Origin: Yuukianura sp. NJ FZ-2021
Lineage: Eukaryota
Direction: 5' to 3'
Assembly: GCA_046563655.1 (NCBI GenBank)
Contig: CM102285.1
Coordinates: 992,001 to 1,056,000, forward strand
DNA length: 64,000 nt
Below the pieces are notes generated by a model that was given only the letters and a program-made list of their open reading frames with translations, searched no databases and had not been told where the DNA came from. Shown here in pieces: positions 1-12,350 of this stretch. Both the position numbers and the translations under genes were made by a program. Within the stretch, counting starts at the first letter, position 1, and the number at the start of each line of letters is the position of its first letter.

Positions 1-521
1 AATAATAAAAAATAAAATTCACATGCTGAATTGAACGGGAAAAGCGACATTAAAAATCATTTTCAAATTGAAACAGACCAAAAACACTTTGGAACAAATT
101 ATACTTATTCGAAATTGAAAAAAAAATATATGCACCAAAGTTGCACTTGCCAAGTAAAAGCTCTTAAAAATTCCATGAGAAATGATATTTTCGAAACGAA
201 CCGGAAAATTTTAACGGGGTTTGGCAGAATTTGAATAGCACACTTCATGTTTTGAAAAAAATTAAATTTTAAATTCTAAAAAACGTTTGAATTTTAAAAC
301 TTGCGCAGCAGTAAGATAACACGACAGCACCCGGCAGTCGCATTGCAAGTACAAATCGTAAACTTGAAAAAGGGCAGTGTGATGATTAATGCTTGTTTTG
401 TGTAACGATTGATAGATCACGACATTAGACACATGTTTTGGACAAGGGAAATACTTGACAGCATCCTTCGACGTCTTCTGCGAGGTTTGAAAACGCTGGC
501 GTAGTGTTGATCGATTGAGTA

Positions 522-1492
522 CTAGGAGAAACGACGTTCCTCGTCACCCGGTTCCTTGTTAAGGTCAACGATGTTCAAATCAGGCTCTTTATCCAGTAAC
601 TCAACTACACCGGAGTCTGTACTTTCCTTACGACTTGTGGAATTGTAGCCAGAGGCATTGTCACCACCATCCGGAACACCCAACGTCTGATTGGCTATTG
701 ACAAGTTCCAGCGCTGATTTTGACTTGTCGTCTGATCCATCACTAAGAAAAGCTCCTTCTCCTTTGATTGCAACTCTTCTCGAAAAAATGTGAGCAGGTC
801 TGAGGCCTACGATCAGAAACGAAAACGAATCGTTTTTAGTCAATCGTAAACTTTACAATTTAAACTTCCAATCTACCAAACCTACCTTTCCGATTAAGAC
901 GGGTGACTCGAGCTTTGAGTCCAAATTGAAGTAATCTTCTCCGAATGCTCGAACGGCGTACCAGTGTTTCCGTTTTAGTGGAAGCGATATCCACCCTACT
1001 TTGCAATCTGTAGGTATGTTAAAGATGAATCCGTAAATGGCGGGAAGATTCAGTGTATCTGGGTCCCTGAAGAATAGAGCAAACGTTTTTATTACGTTTT
1101 TATTATACTGCTCTCATATCCAAATGCTAACTTTCGTTTTAAAAACTACGTCAAGGGCCTACTTTCTCTTGTCAAACCAAACTGCGTCGTAATTCTTCCC
1201 TTGCAGCGCTGTCATGATCACATTGATGTCGTAGTTCCCGAGTCCGAGCACAGACTTATGTGGGTTCACCCAAGAATCGGGGGCCAAGTTATCACAAATA
1301 CTGTCCAACTCGTTTTTCCTAAAATGCGGACCTTGGAACAAATTGTTCAAGGCGTGAAGGGCACACAAAGCTCGTACCTACAACAAATAACAGAGAGTTG
1401 ATTCAATTAATTCATGAAACAATGAGCATGAACAACGGAGCTTAACGTTCAGTTACCTGCTTCTCGTGATAAATCTCAGGAGTTGCTGACAT
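522..1492 (-). CDS. Josephin-domain deubiquitinase (JOSD1/2-like), 4 exons
   Basis: Spliced reading [27 protein letters not shown]...[13 protein letters not shown]...|...[12 protein letters not shown]...YFNLDSKL...|...KEKELFLV. Josephin catalytic Cys (LCALHALNN), His (KHW) and Asp (NLDS) are present. Exons approx. 1457-1492, 1163-1377, 885-1068, 522-815 with GT/AG borders. Confidence 0.92.
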
Positions 1493-2127
1493 TGTATTCT
1501 GCAGTTCAGTTGCTCTCTCTGTTTATTATAGGCATTTATAAGTCCTTGACTTCATACTTTTTAAAAACAATTCCGTTTCAATTTGACTATGGAGTGAAGT
1601 GGAAGTTAACGTGTTAATGCGTTCGCGTTGCGTAGGCACTTGATGGCAATGTCACCGCTTCAAAGTCGCTCCGTAGGAGAATTGCGATTAACTTGAATTT
1701 ACTCAAACTCTCACAGTAAGTTGACTTCAGTAAATTTAATTTGGAACTGGAAGTACGTCAAAAACAATTTTTTATTTTTTATTTGAACTTTTCAATAAGT
1801 AGAAATCAGAATTGACCATTTAAATTTGGTGAAATATGTTTCGACAAATCAGACTAATACACTGATTCGCGTATTCCGCTGATTTAAGCTACTACGATGT
1901 TGGAGTAAGGAATACGTTTGCACATGTAACCACCGTCGCCAAATTTATAGCCATCCATTTAGTTTACAGGTAACAGTTTACAGACGTAGTTACAGATATC
2001 CAACCACGATTACTTTTTTGTATTTAGAACCTATTTTTCATTAAATGTAGGAAATCAGACGTTAAAATGGCGAATTTTTATTATCGGTAACTTTATTGAA
2101 AAGTTGAAATTTTGTGCGTTCTACGAG

Positions 2128-2712
2128 TCATTTCCGTACTTCAAATGAGGGAAGCGTATACATGGAGATTTGTTTTTCATTTTGGAAAACCGTTTGAGTA
2201 ATTCTTGATTTCGGACTTCCTTCCGTTTGGAGCCAAACTTTCCTGTGCAAATGAGTAACATCCACTGTTTAAAAATTTTCAAAAAAATATCTATTTTTTT
2301 TTGTAAGATTTTAGTTTTTGACTTCTTTACATTTTTTGGATGTTCTGTGCAGGTCCTTCAACAGTTCCAATGACAGTTCCTCTACTAGTGTTTTGACACC
2401 ATCCGCGCAGCCCCAGTTCCTTTCCTTTGGCTACCGTGTACTTAAAATTAAAAATACGTTTTTTATATTAATGAAATTTGCCAAAGATCGGTTCAAAACC
2501 GGGCCAGATTTCAAAATCCAAGACGTGTCTAACTTACTTTTCGAAAGAAAACTCCTAAAATCACAAAAAAAGGTTCTAAAACGTTATTCCTTTTTTTAAT
2601 TTTTTATAGGAAAGAGAGACATTTTTTCGTTTCGCTTCTCACCTTGTACTTTTCCGTGAACTTCAAAATCCAACGAATGAAGAGACAGAGGCGACGTTAC
2701 TGCATCAGCCAT
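2128..2712 (-). CDS. Acylphosphatase, copy 1 (4 exons including a 17-nt micro-exon 2538-2554); not assembled by the ORF track
   Basis: Spliced protein MADAVTSPLSLHSLDFEVHGKVQG|VFFRK|YTVAKGKELGLRGWCQNTSRGTVIGTVEGPAQNIQKM|KVWLQTEGSPKSRITQTVFQNEKQISMYTLPSFEVRK*. Acylphosphatase motifs GKVQGVFFR, GWxxNT and GSPxS are intact. Confidence 0.92.
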
Positions 2713-3021
2713 TTTGGAACAAATTCAAAATTCCCGCCATAAAACAATAATGTTATGTGTTCTTTTTAAATTCTTGGTTACTGGAAAATTAGAATTGAAA
2801 ATTCGAAATTCGCGGAATACGTTTTTATAGATTGAGGAGGGGACGATTATTCCGCTGATTCGCTTTACAGAATTCAACACACGATTCGATAAATGCTTGA
2901 ATGAAAACAATTAACGCGAATTGAGCAAGATAACAACAGTGCAAGTGAACCTTACAGGAGTGTAAGGTTATGTTTTTTAAACGAGTGTGTTATGGTTTAT
3001 GGTTTATTGGTAATGTAGATT

Positions 3022-3597
3022 CAGTGTTGCCAACTTGTGGAATTCGCGCTTATTGTTTTCGCACTAATGACCTGAAACCGAAGCAGTTACATTTTGAAAC
3101 GTTCATTGTAATTCACACAGAAAACTTTTGTTATAATATAACAAAATTCTTCTAATTCTTCAAAATTCTTCAAACTAGACAATGCGCTGTAACCGGCATA
3201 ATTTGTTTGAGAATGGCCTAGATAGAAAAATTGCAAGTTTTAATTTTTAGGAACTTTATTAATTTTTCAAAGTGACTTATGACAATTCCCTCTATTTGAA
3301 TAATTCTTTTTTTTTATTAATTATAAATTTTATTTTTATGTTATTATTATATTGTTTATTTTTATAATATTTTTATTTTGCACTTTGCTGAGGATTATAG
3401 TAGTATATAGTATTTAGTTTATTTAGGCATGTCAATAAATCAAAACTCCACCTCCAAGTTAGGCACGAAAAGCGGAAAAGCTTCCTAAAATTAGGCAGAA
3501 AAACTTACATTAGGGAATTTGCATTATAAGCATTTTATAGAATTTATAAAAAGTATGGAATTTAAAAATTTAGGAATTCCAGTCTAGTGGCAACACT
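3022..3597. mobile_element. Possible non-autonomous DNA transposon (MITE) with CAGTGTTGCCA / TGGCAACACT ends
   Basis: Short inverted termini around an AT-rich core; no TSD confirmed. Confidence 0.35.
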
Positions 3598-3905
3598 TGC
3601 TAGTTCCAAACGTTCGGCTGAATATACCATAAGCGCAGAGATTTTTGAAACTTTACTCTAATTTTACAACTAATTTCTAAATCTAGTTTTAACTACACAA
3701 TATTTCCAGTTTATGTTCATCTCCGCTGGTATAGCACATATGAATCTGAAATTTAAAAATTCAGTTTAAGTCGTTTTGGTTATATGTTAAAATTTTTATA
3801 TACAAAATTTCGAAGTTTTTCTTGTCCTCTTTTGTTTGTAATTCGTTTTAATGTTAGTTTCTAACCTTCTACACAAGTTGTTCCGCTTCAACTAGTCCCA
3901 TTTCA

Positions 3906-6724
3906 CTAATCCACCACTTGATTCCGAAAAACTCCCGAAGTTGAGTTACATTCTGTAGATCCAGTTCCTATGCAGAGTTCATTTTCATAGGTTTTATTTC
4001 TATTATTATATATTAGTAATAATATAGCATAATATTTACATATTTTGTGATATAAGTTTCAATATATTGTACGTTGTTTTTAAATTGTATAATTGGATAT
4101 ACTCACTTTTAAGGCTTCGCCATACTGTCGAGTAGTTGTACCTAAATTCCAAAAAGAATAGAAAAACATAAAAAAAACTCTCAAAAAATGACGAATTAAT
4201 GGACGGAGAAAAACAACATGGATAGGTTGGTTGACGGCTAACGGCAATTGACTTACCGCTCAACTTCTCACGTGGAATGACGTACCATAGGTACACAGAC
4301 TTCAACTGCGGCAGCGCAGAAGCCCTTGCACTCCTGAGCAATCTTGGCATAACCTCCTCACTTCCGTCCAAATACCTGAATTCCAGTCGCTCTAAGTCTG
4401 AAAATTATTAGAAACAAATGTACTCAATGCTACCTTACTGCATTTAGTAATGTAGCACACAAACACAAATTCATACATTCGACAATTAGAATCACGTAAA
4501 AATGCATGAATACTGCCAACATACACACAAATAGAAATTCTTAACTGTTACTAACAAACATGCACAAATATTTTCATCCACGAATACATGCATGTACTCG
4601 CACGTATATATAATATGTATTATAATATATACAGTGCTGTTCGGCGAAAAGTAGCCACCAACACTCAAAAGTTTGGTTATTTTCAAAATTGTGGTGGGTC
4701 TTCATTACCATATTAAAAAAATCTGCTTAAATTGTATAAATTCAAACCTCAGCGCATGCTTTTTGGTCTAAATCTTTCTCAGAAATCGAAAATTTAAAAA
4801 AAATGACATGAAAACGATTTAGAGGTGTCTACTTTTTGCTGAACAACACTATATTTAATGCATACAATGCATAACGTGTTTGCCATGTTTTTCGTAGTTA
4901 CAAACAAGAGAGCTGCTAGATACAGTTAGTGATTTACAACATGTACAGCCTTGCATTACGCTACCCAACTTCGATAACAATTCCAAAATGTACCGTAGAA
5001 TTTCAAATAGTTCATTTCGCGTATGAATGTTTTTTGAGTGTTCGAGGCATAAGTGCACAATTTTGAACAAAGCGTAGTTTGGAATTTAACAGTCGTAGTT
5101 ACACTATTTCGCTTTACATATTAGGTACATATTACAATTAGAACTTACGCTTAAATGACACAACGTCAGGTTTTGCTCCACACTCCAGATCAAAGTCATG
5201 GTCCTCCTGGCTTCGATTGTTTGCTCCAAAACAAGAATAGCCATACTGAATTATAAGGTGACTAACTTTTGCAAAATGGTTAAGCAAACCAGTCAGATTC
5301 CTCGTAACTTGACGATCCAGCCTGAGCGTAGTTACGTTAGGGAAGAGTTTGTAGTAAGGCAAAGGTGCGTATGTCTCCCCTTGTTCAGCACTCATGTACA
5401 TAAACAATTCTACGACATTTGGATAAATGTAGGAAAGTTCCGCCGGGAAATCAAGTGTAGAGAGGTTACTGGCATTTCCACTCAGAATCACGCGCCTCAG
5501 CCGCGGAAGTTTAGTTGGGTTGAAAACACTCAAGGGATTCTCCAACCACGTACGTGGTGAAGTCGAAAGTGTTTGAACGCGCGGGAAAACATGAGTCGCC
5601 TCTACGTCAAATTCGACTAGTGCTTCAAAATTTCGGATTTGGGCATTCCACAAACGCTGGAATGTTTCCGTTTTACATTCCCTTCCTCCAACAAAGGGAC
5701 TTATTACACGTTGGTACCTTCGTGCGTTTGCTAAAAACCACTTGTCAGAGTAGATTTGGTCATCTTTTTCTGGATCATGTTCAAGTTCTATCAAATTTGG
5801 TCCGAGGTCAGCCAACTTGTAGTGGGAGTCAAATGGAAAAATAATGTTTCTTCGTGTAATAAATTCCAATACAGGAGCTTTTCTCACTAAGGCTTCAATC
5901 CATTTGTGGATGCTGAAAAGCACAGAAAATATATATCATGAATTACATTAAACCCTATCAGTTGTACGCTTTTTTTTACTTAAAAAGTACAAAACACTCG
6001 TTAGATTATATTTTAGTTATCCTGTTGTTATTATATTGTTATATGTTTACAATATGCAAATACTACCTAACACAAAGATTAGATTGACGAACCTGGCACA
6101 TCGTATGTCCAAAATCGTTAGTCTTGGGAGTACTGGAACTGGGATATCCTCTACCGACATTTTGTTCCACCAGCAGTACTCGAAAATAATCCCCAGCATT
6201 TCCAATGTGCTGCCCACTAAGTGCAGAAAAGTGCTCACTCGCTTGAGCGATTCCTTCTGACTCAATGGTTCAAACAGTTCATAGTCTGCTCTGTCCGCAT
6301 AAATGTCGATGCTACGGTGAACAGTAATGCTTAGTTCCACGATGGTAGAGGCATAGAGAGTTCCAAGGTCATTGACCTCAGCATCCGATCCAACGTACAC
6401 ATTCCATAGAAATCGGGGAAACGGAATTGGTACTTCCGCTTGAGAGAATGTGGACAGGAAAAGACGCAGTTTTTCATTCGATTCCAGTTGGACGTAGTGG
6501 AGGGAATTTATGAAATTGGGATTTCGAAATTGGAGGAATATTTGGTTGAATGTGGAGCAAACGAGTCGCATGGAACACGAGTCTTGTACATTCAGAAAGC
6601 TGAAAACACGCTCCAAAACCTATTAAAAAGCAATCAATTAGTTGAACAAAAGAACAAATAGAGTTAAACCTTCCTTTTTTAGTCAATAGTTCATAGTTTT
6701 TACCAAATCTGGCAAGTTGTTCAT
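3906..6724 (-). CDS. F-box protein with divergent LRR-like C-terminal region (multi-exon; 3' end approximate)
   Basis: Exon 1 MNNLPDL (6704-6724) splices to VLERVFSFLNVQDSCSMRLVCSTFNQ, a canonical F-box LP..L..VFSFL...D...RLVC motif. Later exons (ORFs 6047-6616, 5138-5923, about 4256-4397) carry LPRLTILDI, LPRLRRVIL, YPNVVELFM, FPNVTTLRL and LPQLKSVYL repeats. Confidence 0.8.
4632..4851. mobile_element. Tc1/mariner-type MITE in an F-box gene intron
   Basis: TA-flanked imperfect TIRs CAGTGCTGTTCGGCGAAAAGTAGCCACC ... GGTGTCTACTTTTTGCTGAACAACACT; about 220 bp, non-coding. Confidence 0.7.
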
Positions 6725-7672
6725 TTTGGAACGTTATCTAGAAATTTCAAAATCCTTTGGAATAGCTCTGCTGTGAGTTGTAAACGGCTCCAAACTTTTG
6801 TCAACTAGCAACTGAATATGTTTCTTTTCAGAGTAGCACTTTAGTGACTTTAGGGTGAAATGTACCTTGTGAAAGGTACATTGTATTTTCTATTTTGAGA
6901 AAGAGTAAACGGTTTTGTTAACGCAAAAGACAAATTTATGCTGTGATTTAATCGTTGCAAAATAATGATGGTGCCGATGTAAACTCACTTCAACAATATT
7001 TCTTTGTCTTTTGTTATGACAAGACATGAACTCTTTTCAACAAATTGTGTAGATTAACCTTATAATCGTTAAATAAGCTAGTCTAAAGTGTAATCACAAA
7101 GTATACTTGAATAGAAATTTGAGACAACAAAATTTTTATCGTTTAAAAATTAGTGTGAAATGTGAAAAATGAGAGCAATGAAACCTACAAAGTATAATGA
7201 TTAACGCAATTGTAAAAATTAACGGAGTATTAACGAAATATCAAAGTTCAATAAGTTTTTGGATTTGTATAAATTTAAATAAATTCCTTCATAATACTTC
7301 ATAATCTTGCAAATGCTTTGCATTTGCCATGTGTTCAAAATAGAACTGCTACCTGTACTCCAAAAACGATAGATTTTGTTCAATTTTTGCTGATTTTGTC
7401 ATTTGAAACTAAAAATTCTAAATGTGAGTTTTGCGAAATGAGATTTTTTTAATTGGAAAAGGTGCGACTATTCGCGGAATTGTTTTTCTCGAATCATCAT
7501 GAGATCAGTACACAATAAAGTCAAAACTTTCTACAAAATTTCGATATGCGTGTCGATAAATGACTTGAAATCAATGCAGTGTCCAATCAACATTTTGAGT
7601 TAGTCATTTAACTATGAAAAAGTAGTGCGATGTTTTGCACAGCTAAAGTTTTCTAAAAAAAAACTCGGTTTC

Positions 7673-7808
7673 CTTTTTGGAAAAGTCATTCGTAGAATTC
7701 TCTAAAAACTTATCCTTTGTAAAAACAAAGGATAAGACTTTTTTTTTGTATTAAATTCTAAAAATTTGAAAAAATGTTTGAAATTCTACGAATGACTTTT
7801 TCAAAAAG
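7673..7808. repeat. Nested inverted repeat upstream of the laccase gene
   Basis: Outer arms AAAAGTCATTCGTAGAATT / AATTCTACGAATGACTTTT; inner hairpin CTTATCCTTTGT-AAAA-ACAAAGGATAAG. Confidence 0.7.
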
Positions 7809-8135
7809 TAAGAAAAAACTTTTTGTTAAGGATTAAGACCAGCACCAAATCTATTGTTCTTGACCGAACGCAAAAGATTATCTTATTTCTTGTAACTTGA
7901 AAAATTGAACAAAAAAAAAGTTCTACAAATATCTTTTTCAAAAATGAAGAAAAAAGCGTCTTTTCGTAAGACTTCACCTGTGTAAGCTAGAACAAAATTT
8001 TCTTGTGTTCACCTACCATTGACTTCAAGTCATTTCTAAAACTGACGCCGACTGACCGGAGTTCAACCTTGAACCGCACCGTGAAAAACTGCCACAAGCT
8101 TTTCAAATTTCAATTTTTTTTTGTTCGTTGGACTA

Positions 8136-11100
8136 ATGTTCAGCGACATGAAGCGTCTTTTATTGTTAGTATTTTCTGCACTGCTCTTCGCTACTGCCCA
8201 AGGTCACCACTTTTCACATTTGGGCGTAGAAGTTTTGGACAACCTTGGTTTGGACGCCGTGACAACAGGAACTTCTGCTTTCTGGAAAAGTTGGTTTGAC
8301 GAATTCACTGAAAAGGCAGAAGATGGTCACGCTTGCAGAAGAGACGGGTTCTTCCCCAGTCCAGGGTCATGTCAAGCATTCTTCCGATGCTTCTGGGACA
8401 ACGCCACCTTGACCTTCAAGAAATACGACTTCACTTGCGCTCCAGGAACCTTGTTTGACCTCCATCTTGGAAAATGCGTACATGCGCAGAAGGCAAGGAC
8501 ACTACTGGCGACATGTCCCACCTCGGAAACCGAACACCGCGATAGGAAACCCGGGAATCATGGACAAAGAGAAGACTATTCTGCTGGATTTGGTAACAAA
8601 GTTTATAAAACCCTTGATTTTGAAATGTGGTATCAAAATTCTGAAATTTTGTACTCTTTTTTTTAAGAAACGGAACACTTTTGTATCTATGATCTGCGCA
8701 TGAGCTACATCAACGGCTCACCGGATGGAGTTCTAAAGAGAATCATTGGATTCAACGGCCAATTTCCTGGACCAGTTCTGCGATGTACCAGAAACAAGTG
8801 GATGATCATTCGTGTCAAAAACTGTATCCAAGACAACGACGAACCGACATCAATCCATTGGCACGGAATTGAACAAAACCTGTCGCCATTTTATGATGGA
8901 CCGGAGTCAATCACACAGTGTCCAATCATACGCAACACATCCATGATCTACAGATTTCAACTTTTCCAGTCTGGCACTTACTGGTAAATAACATTTCAAA
9001 AAATTATACAGTAAAACCTCTCATTGGGAAACCATTTTTCGGATTTCGGTAGTATTTTGAAAACATGACTATTGAGTACCGTAAAAGTTCACTTTTTGAG
9101 AGGATGCCAACTTTATATAAATTAGCTTGCAATGTACCTTGAAAGTTTACTGTAAACGCCTAAAACTTTTGAACCAAGAAAGCAACAAGAGGCAGTTCCC
9201 AAATGAGAAGTTTTACTGTAATCGAATATTTTTTTTTTATTTTAAATATTTGAGTTATAACTTGTACTACTCGGAAAGTTTAAAGTTGAGATGAAAAAAA
9301 CAACCAATCAGTGAGAGTTTTAAATTGAGAGGTTTTACTGTAATCTGATTTTTTAAACGAATCTTTTCCAAATTAACTTGCGGTGTACTCTGAATATTTA
9401 CGTTAGGTGCGAATAACTTTGAACCGGAACGAATCAGATCGTGTTTCCAAATGAGAGGTTGTACTGTAATCTGATTTTCTTTTAATTTTAGGTACCACTC
9501 ACATCATTCCTACCAGTACGTAGATGGCGCTTGGGGATTCCTGATAGTCAAAAACACTCCGAGAGAAGTATACCAAAACTCATACGACGATGAACGGCTC
9601 ATTTCTGTCAACGATTGGAATCATCTACCGGCTAAAAACCTCAGTATCACTTACTTAACTCAAGGAATCTTTCCCGCCACTGACTCATCTCTGATCAATG
9701 CCCGAGGAAGTTTCAACTGCTCCAACATTATTCAAGGTCAAGTATGTAACACCTCCCTCCAGGCTCCAGCAGTCATCAAGGTCACTCGAGGAAAAACATA
9801 CCGAATTCGGATTCTGAACGCTTCGGGAGCCCGAACTTACAATTTTTCAATCGACGGTCACAAAATGATTGCCATTGAAACAGACGGAGTCGACACCGTT
9901 CCGAGTCCGGCTTTTGATATCGTTTCGTGTCTGCCGGCACAACGGTACTCTCTTCTTGTGACGATGAACCAACCTGAATGTGAGTACTGGATTAGGATCA
10001 GCGGAGAAGGTCCGCCAGCCCCAGGACTTTTGGGCCTGGCTGTACTTCAGTACGAAAATTGTACTCCGGCAACCACTGGAACCGGAACGTCGACGATTGG
10101 TGTAGAAGATGTCGGTGCAGCAGCCAATCCGGATCTGCCTAAGCCGTCACCGGACTCTGGAGCTGCCCAAGGTCGGCCGCACGTCCAAGACATTCCGTGG
10201 ACAGACATTGCCAGTCAAGGCGGAATTCAACCAGCGACACCAGCACAGCTCCGGGCTTTTTTTCCGGACGAATTGCCCTGCAGTGATGAGATTGAAGCTG
10301 GACAGAGCGACAAGGTCGAACAAGTTCGCACTCCAACGACGTCTCCAGTTGACCCCAACACTGCCGTTGTTCTGGATCAGATGGATTGTCCACCTTATGA
10401 CATTGTCCCAGGAGAAGGAGATGCTCCGACGAATGTTGACCAAGAAGTTGTGATTCTGGCTGAGGACTGTCCCATTCCAGGAAGTCCATCTCGACAATGC
10501 ATGAATGGTCAACCATTTACTCCGGGGTCAACCAATAGTTTGCCACTTTTGTTCCAAGTCATTCGGGGACTGCCCATTAATGACTCGTATAGACCCATCT
10601 ATGCCCCGGTATTGGGCAAAGTCATCCGCATCATCGTCAACAACCACCACCAATTTCCTCACCCGGTAAATTTTGAAATTTTAGTTTTGAAATTTTGGAA
10701 TTTTATGAAAAATGTTTCTGACAGTGGCATTTGCATGGTCACACCTTCTGGGTGCTTGGTACTGGAGCTGCGTTGGCTGGAGACTTTGTTCCGGCTCGTG
10801 ACCTTCCGACCTTGAACTTTCACGGTGTCCGCCGTGACACGACTTTCACTTTCGGCAATTCCTGGGCCGTCATGACATTCATTACCGACAATCCTGGAAC
10901 TTGGTATGCCTAAATTACACAAAAACTGAATTTATCCATAAATTTTAATCGATTAATTACATACATATATTTATAATTTTCTACTTCTTTTTACTTCAGG
11001 TTCTTCCACTGTCACATCAACTGGGTATGTCAAATTTTTGAGTTGCGAATTCTAAGTTAAACTACAGTAAAACCTCGCATTCGGAAACTTTTGTTTTTGC

Positions 11101-11457
11101 TCTTTCACGAAACTAAAGAATAGTATAAAAGTTAAATTTTTTTGTCGAGGATTTACACAGATGAACTTGGCTTTACGCGCCTAAGGTGTGAAAAACTTTT
11201 GAACCGGTAAACCATCCAGAGCGAGTTTCCTAATGAGAGGTTTTACTGTAACCAACTAGTTGTATTTACTTTGATCAAATCTAAAAAAGTAGCTTAAATT
11301 CATATTTATTCAAATCTTTAAAATTCTTTCTTTTTAGCACTTGGAAGCTGGACTTGGCGCCACCTTCATTGAAGCTACCAATGTTTCGCAGGTAGTTTAT
11401 GCACGACCGCCACTTCAATCTTACCAAACTTGTCGTGCTGTGGGTGTCAACATCTAA
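8136..11457 (+). CDS. Secreted multicopper oxidase (laccase-like) with N-terminal chitin-binding peritrophin-A/CBM14 domain; 6 exons (8136 or 8148-8592, 8668-8983, 9492-10665, 10725-10903, 11000-11024, 11338-11457)
   Basis: Signal peptide MKRLLLLVFSALLFATAQG. Six-Cys CBM14 CRRDGFFPSPGSCQAFFRC...FTCAPGTLFDLHLGKCV...C. All four copper motifs appear after phase-consistent splicing: IHWHG, [28 protein letters not shown]. Confidence 0.93.
9009..9218. mobile_element. TA-flanked MITE (TIR CAGTAAAACCTCTCATT) in laccase intron 2, followed by two extra right-end units ending near 9340 and 9466
   Basis: TA|CAGTAAAACCTCTCATTGGGAAAC ... GTTCCCAAATGAGAAGTTTTACTG|TA; the TGAGAGGTT(T/G)TACTGTA end recurs at about 125-bp spacing. 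Confidence 0.75.
11065..11248. mobile_element. Second copy of the CAGTAAAACCTC MITE family, in laccase intron 5
   Basis: TA|CAGTAAAACCTCGCATTCGGAAACT ... AGTTTCCTAATGAGAGGTTTTACTG|TA; shares internal AAAACTTTTGAACC with 9009-9218. Confidence 0.78.
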
Positions 11458-11775
11458 ATAGTTTTTGAACGCAATTTTTTGAACTCGCGACGTGAATTAT
11501 TTCTGTACGCGAGAATGAAATTTAACTTCGTTTTGTATTTAATTTTCGGAATTTGTAATTTTGTTGAAGCTGAAGTTGGTCTTAATTCCGAGTTTTTAAT
11601 TTTAACTGTATTTTGTTTTATTCCAATTTTTAACATTTTTTAAACTACTGAGACACTTTAAGAAAATCAAATGCAATAAAAGAGCATTGTTGAATACGAA
11701 AAATTTGCGTTTCTGACTCATTAGATGTTTTTTGTTGCAAAAATTGAAGAAGTGTTTGAGATTTGCATTTGGGGG

Positions 11776-12350
11776 TCATTTCCGTACTTCGAAGGAGGGA
11801 AATGTAAACGCGGAGATTTGCTTTTCATTTTGAAAAACTGCGTTAGTGATTTTTGATTTTGGACTTCCTTCCGTCCGAAGCCAAAGTTTCCTGCGGAACC
11901 AATATGAAAGAGTTACAAACTCTATTTCAAAATTTAAAAAAAAAATTCAAAACGTAAGAAAGGAGTACATTTTGCTGATGTTCTGTGCAGGTCCCTCTGC
12001 AGTTCCAATGACAGTTCCTCTGTCCGTATTTTGACACCAACCGCGCAGTCGCAGTTCTTTTCCTTTGGCTACCGTGTGCTTGCAAAATTAGAAGAAAAAA
12101 AGTTTTTAACCGTGGTCTCAAGTCGAAATTTTAGAAGAGTTTCAAAATTGAACAAAATGTGGTTGACTTACTTTTCGAAAGAAAACTCCTGAAATTTCAA
12201 AGAACAAGCATTTTTTGAAAGTTCATTTTTGATTTTCTACAAAAAAAAAAGTAATCAGATTTTTTTTTGCTTCTTACCTTGTACTTTTCCGTGAACTTCA
12301 AAATCGAATGATGCGAGAGACTGAGATGATGACGGTGCTGCAAAAGCCAT
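11776..12350 (-). CDS. Acylphosphatase, copy 2 (same 4-exon structure; micro-exon 12172-12188)
   Basis: MAFAAPSSSQSLASFDFEVHGKVQG|VFFRK|HTVAKGKELRLRGWCQNTDRGTVIGTAEGPAQNISKM|KLWLRTEGSPKSKITNAVFQNEKQISAFTFPSFEVRK*; intact paralog of 2128-2712. Confidence 0.92.
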
